From: a virus
Lineage: Duplodnaviria > Caudoviricetes
Length of the DNA stretch: 64,000 bases
Strand: one strand, 5' to 3'
Virus record (IMG/VR): IMGVR_UViG_3300025678_000009
Span: 1 to 64,000 of that record
In this document: positions 9,244 through 19,625 of the stretch, one piece after another
Layout of the letters: each line of letters begins with the position of its first letter
Position numbering within the stretch: position 1 is the first letter of the stretch
Notes under the pieces: generated by a model
The model's input: only the letters and a program-made list of their open reading frames with translations
What the model was told of the DNA's origin: nothing
Databases searched by the model: none
Program-made: the position numbers and the translations under genes

Positions 9244-10884
9244 TTATTTTGCTCCGTATGGGTTATTCAACTCAAACATTAAGGATTTAGTTGGATCAAC
9301 CAACCACATATTAGCATGTCGCATAGACATAGTACCTTTGATACCTGAGAAGTTACCACTGGAAATAAAGGTTGCATTTTGGTCAGCCCAGTCAATATTA
9401 CCAATCAATTTTTGATAACGTAATTTATCATCATATGCCCATTTAACTAATTTGATATTATCAGCTTCAATATCATTCAAGTCATACAAAATACCTGTGA
9501 AAGAAGACAGACGATAATTTCTATCAATTTTTGGGTTAGAGATATTGTTAGCAAATACAGGGTCTAAAGCTGGTTCATTAACAATTGTGATTTTGATCTT
9601 AGGGAAAGTTTTAAGGAAGAAAGATTTAAACCTCATTGTGAAATCTAATTCTTGTCTGTTACCAGAAAGGAATCTTTCAGACTCACCAACTTGAACCACT
9701 AAACCAGCAGCTATAAATTCTTTTTTGATTTCTTTTTGAAGGAATTCATAAAGACCTGCACCAACTTTAAAGATAAATTCTCCTTCAGCATGGAAATCAA
9801 TACGATGTTTAAAATGTTCTTCGATTCTGGCTCTCAAGAAATCTAATGACATTGTAGAAAAGTTATATTTAACTACAGTACCATAGTTTCTATGTTGCCA
9901 GTAAAGACCTGGAGAAGTCTGCATTGTATCAAATTGAATAGAGGTAGTACCACCTGTTCCCCACATGAGATTCATAGTCCACTCATACATCAATTGATCC
10001 ATTGTGGCTCGCTCAATTTCCATGAACCAGTTTTTACCAACAATGTCTTTCTTAGCAGCATTTTTATCACCTTTGTATACTTCATTAACAATTTTAGTAA
10101 TGTTAGTAGATGGTTCACCAATCATATATTTATAAGCATCAGAACCTGGTGCAAATTTATACAATTCCCATACTCTATAATCAGCACCAACATCCTTAGA
10201 TTTACCAGATTGTAACATGATTAAAGACTTTTTATCAATAGAGAAACCTTTAGCAATTTCAGTATTGGAAAGTCTATAGTGCCATTGTCTTTCACCTACT
10301 TCTGATTGAAATGTAGATGCTACAGTATCATTATTATCTCCTCTTCGAGAAGTAATTTTATAATATTGTGTACCTGGAGATAAAAACTCTTTAGAAAGAT
10401 ATGCGTTTTTAGCACCTACTCCATCAATCTGTAAGTGATGAATCCATCTATCACCATCTTTATATGGTTCTTTGGTAACAATTAATTGGAATTTGTTATG
10501 AATATGGTCATAAGTAATTACATTTGTTACAGAAAAAGGTCTGTTAAATGCAACTTTAAACTCCTGACCATCAATACCTGGTTTATCACTATCTGATAAA
10601 TCTTCTAAAATCATAGGGTTTTCCATAGCTACTGCTGTAGTCCATGTAAAACCTTTATCTGAATCAACAGATACAGTGGTTTTAGCAATTTCATCAAAAT
10701 TATAAAGAGGTTGAACGTTTCTAAAAATTTGAGTCCATGTTTTTACAAGTCCTAAGTCATCCATAGGAACTTCTTTTCTAATACCAGCAGCAAATAAATT
10801 GCTCTCAGTAATGTGTGTGTTAGGGGAGTAATATTGTTTGTCCTGTACTAAGACCCCTTGTTGTAATAAATTTGGTGTTGACAT
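9244..10884 (-). CDS. Major capsid protein (HK97 fold, crAss-like)
   Basis: 546 aa, biased codon usage, downstream of portal and scaffold, followed by a terminator; ERATM...NLMWG segment and C-terminal NMWLVDPTKSLMFE. Confidence 0.75.
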   Translation of the reverse strand: MSTPNLLQQGVLVQDKQYYSPNTHITESNLFAAGIRKEVPMDDLGLVKTWTQIFRNVQPLYNFDEIAKTTVSVDSDKGFTWTTAVAMENPMILEDLSDSDKPGIDGQEFKVAFNRPFSVTNVITYDHIHNKFQLIVTKEPYKDGDRWIHHLQIDGVGAKNAYLSKEFLSPGTQYYKITSRRGDNNDTVASTFQSEVGERQWHYRLSNTEIAKGFSIDKKSLIMLQSGKSKDVGADYRVWELYKFAPGSDAYKYMIGEPSTNITKIVNEVYKGDKNAAKKDIVGKNWFMEIERATMDQLMYEWTMNLMWGTGGTTSIQFDTMQTSPGLYWQHRNYGTVVKYNFSTMSLDFLRARIEEHFKHRIDFHAEGEFIFKVGAGLYEFLQKEIKKEFIAAGLVVQVGESERFLSGNRQELDFTMRFKSFFLKTFPKIKITIVNEPALDPVFANNISNPKIDRNYRLSSFTGILYDLNDIEADNIKLVKWAYDDKLRYQKLIGNIDWADQNATFISSGNFSGIKGTMSMRHANMWLVDPTKSLMFELNNPYGAK

Positions 10885-10910
10885 AATTTAATAATTGTTT
10901 TTTTAATTTT

Positions 10911-11024
10911 TTAACAAGATCCTTTTACTTTTTTACCACTTTGAACAGTGGATTTTTTTGTCATTTTTGGGGAAGGTACTTTAGTAGAAACTTTTTTCCC
11001 TACTGCTTTTGTCATTTTTGTCAT
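10911..11024 (-). CDS. Small highly basic peptide (37 aa)
   Basis: MTKMTKAVGKKVSTKVPSPKMTKKSTVQSGKKVKGSC; 11 Lys, no acidic residues; starts 2 bp after the scaffold stop. Confidence 0.55.
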   Translation of the reverse strand: MTKMTKAVGKKVSTKVPSPKMTKKSTVQSGKKVKGSC

Positions 11025-11025
11025 A

Positions 11026-12165
11026 TTAGAATACATTTCCTGGTTTTTTAATTGATGTTTTTTTCTCTGGTTCTAAAGAAGTTATATCTTTTTTTACGGT
11101 TTTTAGCTTCTTTATAGTTTCATTAGTTACTTTCTTTTCAGCCTGACTTGTAAAATTTTTTACAAATTCATCTGGGGCAATACCTGCTAATGTCATAAGA
11201 ACCAATCTTTTATAAGATTCTTTAGGATTTTCATTATGGATGAAATTATCAATCATCGCTGTTAATCCTAGTTTTTCTTTATTATCTGTAGGTCTAACTA
11301 AAAATGAAGAAAGAACTGTAGCTACATTATCTTTTTGCTCTTTTGTAAGTTTTATATCAAAAATATTTTCTTCTTTAAGAGCTTCATTTACATAATGGGC
11401 ATGATATTTTTTAAACAACTCTTTTTCTTCTTTTTGTTTAACAATCTCTTGCTCTTTTTCTTGTTGTTTTTTATCTAAATCTCGCTGGATTTCGTCTTTA
11501 GCATCATCAAATTCAGAATCTAAATCATCACCATCAATAATTTTTTCAATCTTTTTATTTAACCATTCGCTATCTTTTCCTTTTTCTTTTGCAATGCGAG
11601 AGTAATATTTTCGTACTATTTTTTCTTTTTGCTCTTGAGAAGGATTTTCAGGAAGGGATTCTATCTCTTGATAATCTTCTAAGTCCTTTACAATATCTGC
11701 AATTTTGATTCCTTTCAATTCTCCAGTGACTAACTTTTGCATTGTTGGACTTAATTTGGAGATTGCCTGGTCTAATACAGCTTCTGCAATCTGTTCTCCT
11801 TTTAATTGAGTATTTTGCTTGAATAAATCAAAAAATTGTTCTTTTGAATATTCTAATTTCTCTGGATCATCTCCTTCATATATCTGAAAAGATTCATCCT
11901 CTTTTAAAATAGACTGAACAATTTTCCCGTAACTTATTTGTTCATCTCCTTCATCTTCCTGATTATCATCTGAATTTACATCTTCTGTATTAAAAAGAGA
12001 AGGTGTTTCTAAAATATCAGAACTTGGTTTTTCTTCTTCTTTTTCAAAAAGACTTGGTTGAATTAATTCATCTACTTTTTGAATTTGTTCTTCTTTTACA
12101 GGTTCAAATAATGAACCGATTTCTGGAGCATCGAATATATCTCCCATTAATGTTTCTTTTTCCAT
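11026..12165 (-). CDS. Putative capsid scaffolding protein
   Basis: Very acidic N-terminus, coiled-coil middle, located between portal and capsid genes. Confidence 0.6.
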   Translation of the reverse strand: MEKETLMGDIFDAPEIGSLFEPVKEEQIQKVDELIQPSLFEKEEEKPSSDILETPSLFNTEDVNSDDNQEDEGDEQISYGKIVQSILKEDESFQIYEGDDPEKLEYSKEQFFDLFKQNTQLKGEQIAEAVLDQAISKLSPTMQKLVTGELKGIKIADIVKDLEDYQEIESLPENPSQEQKEKIVRKYYSRIAKEKGKDSEWLNKKIEKIIDGDDLDSEFDDAKDEIQRDLDKKQQEKEQEIVKQKEEKELFKKYHAHYVNEALKEENIFDIKLTKEQKDNVATVLSSFLVRPTDNKEKLGLTAMIDNFIHNENPKESYKRLVLMTLAGIAPDEFVKNFTSQAEKKVTNETIKKLKTVKKDITSLEPEKKTSIKKPGNVF

Positions 12166-12255
12166 TACAAGTATTTTTCTTTCTCAATATTAATTTAATA
12201 AGTTATTTCCTTTTAAACAAATTTTTTATTAGTTTGTTAACAATAATTTAATGTT

Positions 12256-14973
12256 TTATTTTTTATTACCTCTATTTTTAGCATTTATTTGAGCAATTTT
12301 TTCATCATTTCTTTGATTTGCTAAATCTCTGGATATTTCCATTTGTTTCATTCGCTCTTTAGATGATAATTCTTGTTTTTTTACATTTAACTTTTCCTTC
12401 TCTAAACTAACTTTCGATTCGGATTCTTTTAATCTATTTGCTCTTTCTTGTTCCTTATTTAAAATATCGGAATATGATTTATGTTGTTCAAGATTAAACC
12501 TCTCTACCTCTAGAGCATCATTTACTCCAGAAGAATCTATATCATTCTCTCTAGCCATACCTGTAGCTTTTACTTCTGCTTCATACATTTTAGCTAATCT
12601 ATCTCTTTCGTTTTGGTCTGCTTGGAATTGTCTATCTTTTTCTTTTTCGGCAGCTTGTGCTTCTAATTGTTGTTGGAGCATTTGTTGTTCATGTTGTTGT
12701 TTTTGTTGCTCTTGTTTTCTGAAGTTTTCTAGAGAAACTGCTAATGTATCCTTTATTTTCCTGGTATCTGTAGCTTCCAACATTATAATTTTATCTAAAT
12801 CTGTTGCTCCAGTAGTGTTATTTTGAATAGCAAATTGTCTAATTTGTTCTAAAACTCTTTGTGTGTCTGAGTTTGATGTTAAGAAAATATTAAATCTCCT
12901 CAAAAGTAAATCCTCGGTATCAATTTCAAACATTACATTTTCTACATCCGAGTTAAGATAATTCAGTCGTGAAATAGGTTTTTTAGACTCTATATATTTT
13001 TCTGCATCTAATATCATGGATTTTAATTCTCTCATGAGATTAGTATTATTAAAATAATATGATTCTGTCTGTGAGTATGAATTATTTATTGCCTGATTTA
13101 TTCCTGTAGCTGTTTCTTGAGAATTAATAGAACCCATCCTCTGAGGAGTAATTCCTATTATCTTTAAAATTTGTTGCTCACAATAATTTGCTAATTCTAT
13201 ACGGGATTTAAATCTTTCATTGTTTAAAAGATTTACTACCATAGGTTGTTGATTTGGAGCAGCTCCTTCTATATTGGATGCAGAGTTATCTGTAGCCCCT
13301 ATACCTGTATCTTTAGCGGTCATTATGAATTTAAGCCAATTGTACTTTCCCCAAGAGCCATCTAAAGATTGTTGTGGGATAAGACGTTGATCCATTAATA
13401 AGAATAAACCAACCTCAAGTTTTGCAAATTTATCAATTTCATTCATAAAACCATTGTACATTACTTGTAAAGCTTTTGTCTTATCTATTAAAGATAGTTT
13501 ACCGACATTCATATTTATTTCAAATCCATCGCAACCTACTACAGGTATTTTTGGTTTGAATGGTTGAAATTCATCAGTAAATTGATATTCTGTAGGTTCA
13601 ACATCTATATATATCCATCCTCTATTAACATCTGCATTTAAGTCATCTGTTTTTTTACCAAAAATAGATTTATCTAAATATTCATTTTCATTTATTACAG
13701 TAGATGGAACTGAACCATAAGCAAAATTAAGTTTAGTACCTTTCCAAACTTGAGGAGCATAGAAGTATTCTAATTCTTCTCCAGCTATAAGTGTTTTATC
13801 TTTATCATATACAGGTTTAATAGTAACTTTAAAAGTATCATCTACTATTTTTTCTATTTTAATTCCTTCATAAATAGCCGTAAGTTTTGCTAATCTTCTT
13901 CTTGACATCCAATATCCTTCTGTTACTAATACTTTAGATGATGCGTCTAATTCTACCCCTCCCATCATATATTTAAATGCAATTAATTTCTTCTCATTTA
14001 TCATAAGAGATTGATTATCATCTGGTTGTAATCTACGTTCAGAAAAAGTTGGAGTAACTCCTAAAGGAGTGTTATATTTTTCAATTAGAGCTTTATCAAT
14101 TTTATCTCTATATTTAGAAACAACATCGTGGATTGTAGTCCAATATTGTCTTGATACTAAATCAGCATCTGTTGTATATTTTACATGTTTTGGTTTTATA
14201 ACCAAAGTATCAAACGGATTCCAATTGATAACCTGAATATCACTATCATCTATACGAACTTCTGAATATGCTTCATCTCCAATTAATTGATGTTTAAATA
14301 ATTCAAGCTCTATTTCTTTTAATTTATATTTATGCTCCGCTTGTTCCATAATTCTATTAGCCCACTCCTCATAATTATTTTTATAGGTACGATTCATGAA
14401 TTTTTGAATTTCTGGGATTGACATTGCTTGTTGCATAGCTTGCTCCATTTGTTTTTGAAAATCTGGATTATCTTGAGAAATACCTTGATTTTCAAGCTGT
14501 TGTGCAATTTTTGCTTGTGCTTTTTGTTGTAAATATTGTAACATCAACTGCTTTTTATACTCTAACGCTTCATTATTAGAGTATTCATCTATAGCCTTTA
14601 CTTTAATGTGGTCAAACTTTTTAAGAAGTTCTCCTGTTAAAACATTTATAATTGTGGGAACAATAGGATAGAATTTAAGATCGTCTGCAACAATATCACT
14701 TTCAGCTAATAAAGAATCTTCCATTGCAGTTTCTACTCCATCAAATATATTTTTATATACATTTACGTCAGCATCAATGTAGTCTTCAACATCTATAACA
14801 CCTTGAGCAATATTATAGTTTTTTATAAGCCTAGCTCTTTTTTCTGGTAGAAACCCTTTCAAAAGCTGTTCCATCCAATCCATGTTAGCTCTTTTCCATA
14901 ACTCATCTTTTTTATCAGAAGGTAAAGCTTGAGGAGGTTGTCCGAATATATTACTATTGTATATTATTGGCAT
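12256..14973 (-). CDS. Portal protein
   Basis: 905 aa immediately after the terminase; GITPQRMG...TATGINQA motif; Q/E-rich C-terminal coiled coil. Confidence 0.85.
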   Translation of the reverse strand: MPIIYNSNIFGQPPQALPSDKKDELWKRANMDWMEQLLKGFLPEKRARLIKNYNIAQGVIDVEDYIDADVNVYKNIFDGVETAMEDSLLAESDIVADDLKFYPIVPTIINVLTGELLKKFDHIKVKAIDEYSNNEALEYKKQLMLQYLQQKAQAKIAQQLENQGISQDNPDFQKQMEQAMQQAMSIPEIQKFMNRTYKNNYEEWANRIMEQAEHKYKLKEIELELFKHQLIGDEAYSEVRIDDSDIQVINWNPFDTLVIKPKHVKYTTDADLVSRQYWTTIHDVVSKYRDKIDKALIEKYNTPLGVTPTFSERRLQPDDNQSLMINEKKLIAFKYMMGGVELDASSKVLVTEGYWMSRRRLAKLTAIYEGIKIEKIVDDTFKVTIKPVYDKDKTLIAGEELEYFYAPQVWKGTKLNFAYGSVPSTVINENEYLDKSIFGKKTDDLNADVNRGWIYIDVEPTEYQFTDEFQPFKPKIPVVGCDGFEINMNVGKLSLIDKTKALQVMYNGFMNEIDKFAKLEVGLFLLMDQRLIPQQSLDGSWGKYNWLKFIMTAKDTGIGATDNSASNIEGAAPNQQPMVVNLLNNERFKSRIELANYCEQQILKIIGITPQRMGSINSQETATGINQAINNSYSQTESYYFNNTNLMRELKSMILDAEKYIESKKPISRLNYLNSDVENVMFEIDTEDLLLRRFNIFLTSNSDTQRVLEQIRQFAIQNNTTGATDLDKIIMLEATDTRKIKDTLAVSLENFRKQEQQKQQHEQQMLQQQLEAQAAEKEKDRQFQADQNERDRLAKMYEAEVKATGMARENDIDSSGVNDALEVERFNLEQHKSYSDILNKEQERANRLKESESKVSLEKEKLNVKKQELSSKERMKQMEISRDLANQRNDEKIAQINAKNRGNKK

Positions 14974-17080
14974 TTAGGTATTTTTTTAAATTTGCATGAG
15001 AAAATCTATTCCTCAACATTAATTTAGCACTTTTTTGATTAAAATTTGAATTTTCTTTTGTATCTTGAGGAATTACTCCTCTTACTTCATTATATTCTGC
15101 TTGTAGTAGTGCTAAGGCAAAAGAATATAATGAGTCATAGTTTCCTTTCTCATATTCTTTTTTAGGTCTATAATTTACTAATTCTCTAAGCAATTGTAAA
15201 TCATTTATTCTCTCTACTCCATAATGAATTGTTGGTTGACCTGTTTCTTCATTATATTCAGTATAAATTGGCTCTTTTAAATATTTAGATACTACGTCTA
15301 AAATTTTTTCAATTAATTTAGGAGTAGTAACCACCCCATAAGGTTTAGTTTGATAAGATGTACCTTGAGGAGTCATATCTCTAACCCATTGAGGAGTTTT
15401 AGCTATTCTATGTTGTTTTTTTATTTTTATAGCTTCTTCTATAAACCAGTTAACGTTATTTTCTACTAAAGCTTCTGCATTATACCACTCCATTAACATC
15501 ATAGCTTTTTCAAACCATTCCATTTTATCTTTTGGTCTGGACATATACTTAGCAACTATTATTTTTTCTTTGTACTCGCTATCCATATTATGAAAACCTT
15601 TATATATATGAATAACATTCATAGAAGGAGAATTAACTGATTCTGAATCTTTCACAATATCTACCCCTGCCCAATATACCCCATATGATGCTTTATTAGC
15701 TGGGGGCATTTCCCATATTTGTATTACCCCATCTTTATCTTTTCTTTTAGGGTCTATTGGATGTTCAAGTATTGGTTTATTGTTATATTTATCTAATAAT
15801 TTATGTTTTATTTCCCCCTTTTCATTCTGATAAAGGTCTATATAAATACCATGTAATTCTCTTCTTTCTACTTTTTCTATTTGAGGTTGTAGAAGTTCTA
15901 AAGGAAAAACATTATCTCCTCTATATTGAAAACATTCTGCTAATGTTAGCGGTGCTTGAGAAATATCAAACTTATCTGCAACTTTTGGTTTTCCTGGTAT
16001 TAAACCAAGTCTGAGTTTTTTAATATACTCTTCTGCTCTCTCTACAAATGAATTACCGTGTTCATCAATGAATGGTTGTCCATAATACTCTGATTCTGGA
16101 TCATCGTCTATACCAAAATAAGCATATGATTCTGGTACAAAAAAACCACATTTTCTGCCAGCAAATTCATTATCTTTATCAAATATATTGTCTATTGAAT
16201 AAAATCCATGTGCTTCTGGGTCAGTCATGTAGTCTTTAAGTCCAGCTTCTAAATGCTTTAACTCACCAACTGCTCCTGAAAAAATAACTGTTCCTGTTTT
16301 AACATTCCCATAAGTCATCATGGAATTTATATACCCTTTAAATTTAGATAAAACAGGATTTACCCCACTTTCATCTCCAAATATCCATTTAGCCCCACCA
16401 CCAACACCTTTTGAAGCAGATTTAGAAAGTACCAAACCTTTTAAAGTATTTTTTCTACCTCTTATTAGTTTTCTTCCATGCTCATCTATAACTTCTTTGG
16501 CAGCTCTCCAATTCAAAGGCTTGGAAGGATTGAAATCTCTATACCAAGGAGTATGAGCATTTATATGTTCTCTATAAGGTTCTATAATTTCAGTCCAAGC
16601 TTTTAAAACCTGAGCCTCTTCATATGTAGCAATATAGTTTGGAGAACCTCTTGAGAAGAACAACTCTCTAACTAATGGTGCACAGAACTTCAATGAAAAA
16701 CCAGCCTGGCGTTTTTTCATTACTACAAAGTCAAGCTTTAAAAATACAGCATGTTCTAAACACAAAAACGTATGATAATCCATATCATATATATCTGGAA
16801 AATCATAAGTATTGTCCTGCTTTCTATAAATAGGAAGATAATTCAAATAGAAATAATATAAACCAGGAATATAAAATCCATCTATCCAAAGTCCTTCTTG
16901 TATTCTTCTTTCTTCTTCATCCCAAAAATCATCAAAATCTTTAGTGTCTTCTATTAAGTCAGTATAATATCCATTTCCCTGAAAAAAAATAGCTCTTTCT
17001 TTCCATTTATAGGTATCTTTCAAGTTATAATGTCCAACTTGTTTTATTTGATTTTTATATTCTTGATCTGATTTTAACAT
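14954..17080 (-). CDS. terL: Terminase large subunit
   Basis: ATPase motifs KKRQAGFS and WIFGDESG; RNase H-like nuclease with GVD...ENN...NYDSLYS. Confidence 0.9.
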   Translation of the reverse strand: MLKSDQEYKNQIKQVGHYNLKDTYKWKERAIFFQGNGYYTDLIEDTKDFDDFWDEEERRIQEGLWIDGFYIPGLYYFYLNYLPIYRKQDNTYDFPDIYDMDYHTFLCLEHAVFLKLDFVVMKKRQAGFSLKFCAPLVRELFFSRGSPNYIATYEEAQVLKAWTEIIEPYREHINAHTPWYRDFNPSKPLNWRAAKEVIDEHGRKLIRGRKNTLKGLVLSKSASKGVGGGAKWIFGDESGVNPVLSKFKGYINSMMTYGNVKTGTVIFSGAVGELKHLEAGLKDYMTDPEAHGFYSIDNIFDKDNEFAGRKCGFFVPESYAYFGIDDDPESEYYGQPFIDEHGNSFVERAEEYIKKLRLGLIPGKPKVADKFDISQAPLTLAECFQYRGDNVFPLELLQPQIEKVERRELHGIYIDLYQNEKGEIKHKLLDKYNNKPILEHPIDPKRKDKDGVIQIWEMPPANKASYGVYWAGVDIVKDSESVNSPSMNVIHIYKGFHNMDSEYKEKIIVAKYMSRPKDKMEWFEKAMMLMEWYNAEALVENNVNWFIEEAIKIKKQHRIAKTPQWVRDMTPQGTSYQTKPYGVVTTPKLIEKILDVVSKYLKEPIYTEYNEETGQPTIHYGVERINDLQLLRELVNYRPKKEYEKGNYDSLYSFALALLQAEYNEVRGVIPQDTKENSNFNQKSAKLMLRNRFSHANLKKYLNANNIQ

Positions 17081-17595
17081 TATAATTCCCCTCTACCTGT
17101 TTGTCGTTGACCTTTAGTTCTCAATTTACCTCTCTCTGCTTCTACATTTTTCTCCAATTCATCAAACTCTATTTTAATTTTAGAACATTTTTCTGCTATT
17201 TTCAATCTTTCTCCTAAGTTCCCTTCCTTCCCATCTGTAATAATTGAATCTTGTAAATAGTCCATTATATCATGAAGATTTTTTTTATTCATAGTGAAGT
17301 ATCTCATAGAAGTAGTTTCATATAACTTCTTCATAGTATCTATAGCCAATAAAATATCTGGATTATCTGGAAAAACAACAAATGATTTTTTTAAAACTTC
17401 TTCTTTTTCATCATCACTAAAATCTGCATAAGGATTAATAGATTTAAAAGGACAAGCGTAATAGAAAGCATAGGCAATCATATCTATTGCTCTTTTGTCA
17501 TACTTATCTATAATGTTTTTCAACTCTGGGATAGTATAACAATGAATGGTTGGTTTTACCTTTTTGTTTTCTACTGTCAGTAAATCACTAATCAT
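17080..17595 (-). CDS. Putative terminase small subunit
   Basis: Helical 171-aa ORF directly upstream of and overlapping terL; assignment is positional. Confidence 0.45.
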   Translation of the reverse strand: MISDLLTVENKKVKPTIHCYTIPELKNIIDKYDKRAIDMIAYAFYYACPFKSINPYADFSDDEKEEVLKKSFVVFPDNPDILLAIDTMKKLYETTSMRYFTMNKKNLHDIMDYLQDSIITDGKEGNLGERLKIAEKCSKIKIEFDELEKNVEAERGKLRTKGQRQTGRGEL

Positions 17596-17801
17596 TTCAA
17601 TTTCTTTATTAGTTTTTGTACATTTTTGTACATCTTTTCTTTTTGTTTTTTCTTGTAGTCTCCTATCTCATCAAAAATCATTTCATTTATTTCTAACCAT
17701 AAATGAGGATGTTTATATGAGAAAAATACTATTATCTTATCAATTAACTTCTTCATATGTCTTTTCAAAAATATCAGGTTTGCAAGGATAAAACTCCCCA
17801 T
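17592..17801 (-). CDS. Hypothetical protein
   Basis: Short ORF in the operon; true start probably the internal MKKLIDK. Confidence 0.45.
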   Translation of the reverse strand: MGSFILANLIFLKRHMKKLIDKIIVFFSYKHPHLWLEINEMIFDEIGDYKKKQKEKMYKNVQKLIKKLK

Positions 17802-17985
17802 TTACTCCTTTAATTACAAAATCGCCTTTTTTAGCAGTCATTACCCCTTCAAGCGTGTTTATGTTAAACCACTCGCCCATTTCACCCTCGTCTTTCCACC
17901 CAAGAAATTTATAAACTTCACTATAATTATCCCCTGTGTATTGAACTGCTTCAATAATTACTGGTTTTTTTCTGTATTTTTTCAT
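17740..17985 (-). CDS. Widespread small phage protein (KYRKKPV...TLEG...[12 protein letters not shown] family)
   Basis: Full recognisable motif set; function unknown. Confidence 0.75.
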   Translation of the reverse strand: MKKYRKKPVIIEAVQYTGDNYSEVYKFLGWKDEGEMGEWFNINTLEGVMTAKKGDFVIKGVNGEFYPCKPDIFEKTYEEVN

Positions 17986-17991
17986 CGTTAC

Positions 17992-18174
17992 TTAATTTTT
18001 ACTATACTTTTTATTTAATAGTTTTTTTAGTTCAGTTAAATATTCGATATCTTTATCATGTTCAAAATATTGATTATGAATATTTTACAAATCTTCTAAA
18101 TTTGAGTATAGAAAATCTTTAGTTAAAAATATTTGTTCGTTCAATCTATTAAAAGTTAATTTTATTCCATTCAT
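17992..18174 (-). pseudogene. 60-codon ORF with in-frame TAA at 18085-18087
   Basis: MNGIKLTFNRLNEQIFLTKDFLYSNLEDL*NIHNQYFEHDKDIEYLTELKKLLNKKYSKN fills the gap between two genes. Confidence 0.45.
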
Positions 18175-18212
18175 ATTTATGAAATTAAAATTTGCTACAA
18201 TATTTGGTTTTT

Positions 18213-19013
18213 TCATCTTCTTTGTTTCGATTTGTGATATTGTAAGAGTGATTTAACCTCTTTTTTCATATATGTGACAGGATATAGAATTTCGTCTGCC
18301 ACATAATATTTTGAATTTTCAAATTGAATATGATATTTTGGCTCTGATGTAGGAGGTTCTTCATCCCACTTTTTAATTACTAAATGATTGATTGTTAGAT
18401 TTCTAGGAGTGAATCCATATTTTTCTAAAAAGAATGCATACATGGATAACTGAAGAGAATACTTCATGAAATTGCAATCCATGATGTGATTTAAAGGAGC
18501 ATTCAAAGTTGCATATTTTTGATTGCGAGAATCATAAAAACTTTCTAAATCAATTGTTTTACTAGTTTTATAATCTTCCAAATCAATATATCTTACTCCA
18601 TCAATTGTTTCTATGAAACATCTATCTGTCATTCCACAAGCCTGGAATTCATTATTATAAAGACAAAGTTCTGGATGAATACCATCTTCTAATTCTTCTA
18701 AACTCTTGATGGGTTTTATATCGCCATCAAACTCTGTAAAAAATACAGGTTTATCTTTAGAAGATTTATCTTCTTCTTCTTTTAGAGAATGAAATAAAGT
18801 ACCCTTCTCTCTAGCAACTCTTCCTTCCTCTGCCCATTTCTTTTTTATATCTTCTGCTGTAAGAGGATTTTTTTTAGTAGAATGTTTTTTTGCATATTTC
18901 TCTGCAATTTCATTCCAATCTTTTTCTGGTTCTACAATTTTAATTATAGAACTAAAAGACGTATAAGGCTTTTCATTTATTATATATTGATGTGTAGATT
19001 GCTTAAAATACAT
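18213..19013 (-). CDS. PD-(D/E)XK exonuclease
   Basis: GTLFH...PELCLY...CGMTDRCF...DLEDYKTS...YSLQLSMYAFFL. Confidence 0.85.
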   Translation of the reverse strand: MYFKQSTHQYIINEKPYTSFSSIIKIVEPEKDWNEIAEKYAKKHSTKKNPLTAEDIKKKWAEEGRVAREKGTLFHSLKEEEDKSSKDKPVFFTEFDGDIKPIKSLEELEDGIHPELCLYNNEFQACGMTDRCFIETIDGVRYIDLEDYKTSKTIDLESFYDSRNQKYATLNAPLNHIMDCNFMKYSLQLSMYAFFLEKYGFTPRNLTINHLVIKKWDEEPPTSEPKYHIQFENSKYYVADEILYPVTYMKKEVKSLLQYHKSKQRR

Positions 19014-19015
19014 TT

Positions 19016-19252
19016 TTATATTATTTCCATTTTAAGTTTTTTATCATTTAATTTACCTATGAAGAATTTAGTTCCTTTAGTTAACTTTAAGTTAACATCC
19101 CCTATAAATTCAATAACCTCTTCTAAAGGATTTCTTACAATCTTCGTTATAAAAATATCATGTTCTACTGAACCATATGTTATATAAACAAAAGATTTTT
19201 CAATTAAATGACATTTTTGAAGTTGTGAAATTACTCTAGCTTTCATTTTCAA
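19016..19252 (-). CDS. Hypothetical protein
   Basis: Tightly packed ORF in the operon. Confidence 0.5.
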   Translation of the reverse strand: MKMKARVISQLQKCHLIEKSFVYITYGSVEHDIFITKIVRNPLEEVIEFIGDVNLKLTKGTKFFIGKLNDKKLKMEII

Positions 19253-19625
19253 TTATTTTTTCAATTTCTATTTGCTCATCAGCAGTTGTAAGGGGTTGCC
19301 ATTTTCCTATAGGACAAGCACATGATGTACATCTAAGTTTCATAGAATGTTCTCCTAATCCACATCCACAATGAATACATTTGTCATTATTTGAAGATGT
19401 GATTTCATTAAACCATTGTTTAGTTTTTAATTTTTGAATTATTTCTGGAGCTTCTTCAAAAGATTTATTTTTTTGATTTTGATTAAACCAAATACAATCT
19501 TTACATATAGTTTTCCTATATTTAGCTAAATCTTCAACATGCTCTTTTTTAAAAGCAAGATTTTTAATTCCTTCAGCTATCTGAGCTTTGTTTTTCCAGA
19601 TTTCTGGTAATAATTCTCTTATCAT
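19236..19625 (-). CDS. Zn-binding hypothetical protein
   Basis: RKTICKDC...CIHCGC...KLRC...CPIGKW motif typical of small phage Cys-rich proteins. Confidence 0.6.
   Translation of the reverse strand: MIRELLPEIWKNKAQIAEGIKNLAFKKEHVEDLAKYRKTICKDCIWFNQNQKNKSFEEAPEIIQKLKTKQWFNEITSSNNDKCIHCGCGLGEHSMKLRCTSCACPIGKWQPLTTADEQIEIEKIIENES

Noticed and set aside
2387-17791. Plus-strand ORF-track entries within the structural block (2387, 4102, 6981, 9892, 12003, 15757, 16320, 17546)
   Set aside because: They lie antisense to well-supported genes and have low-complexity, non-protein-like composition.
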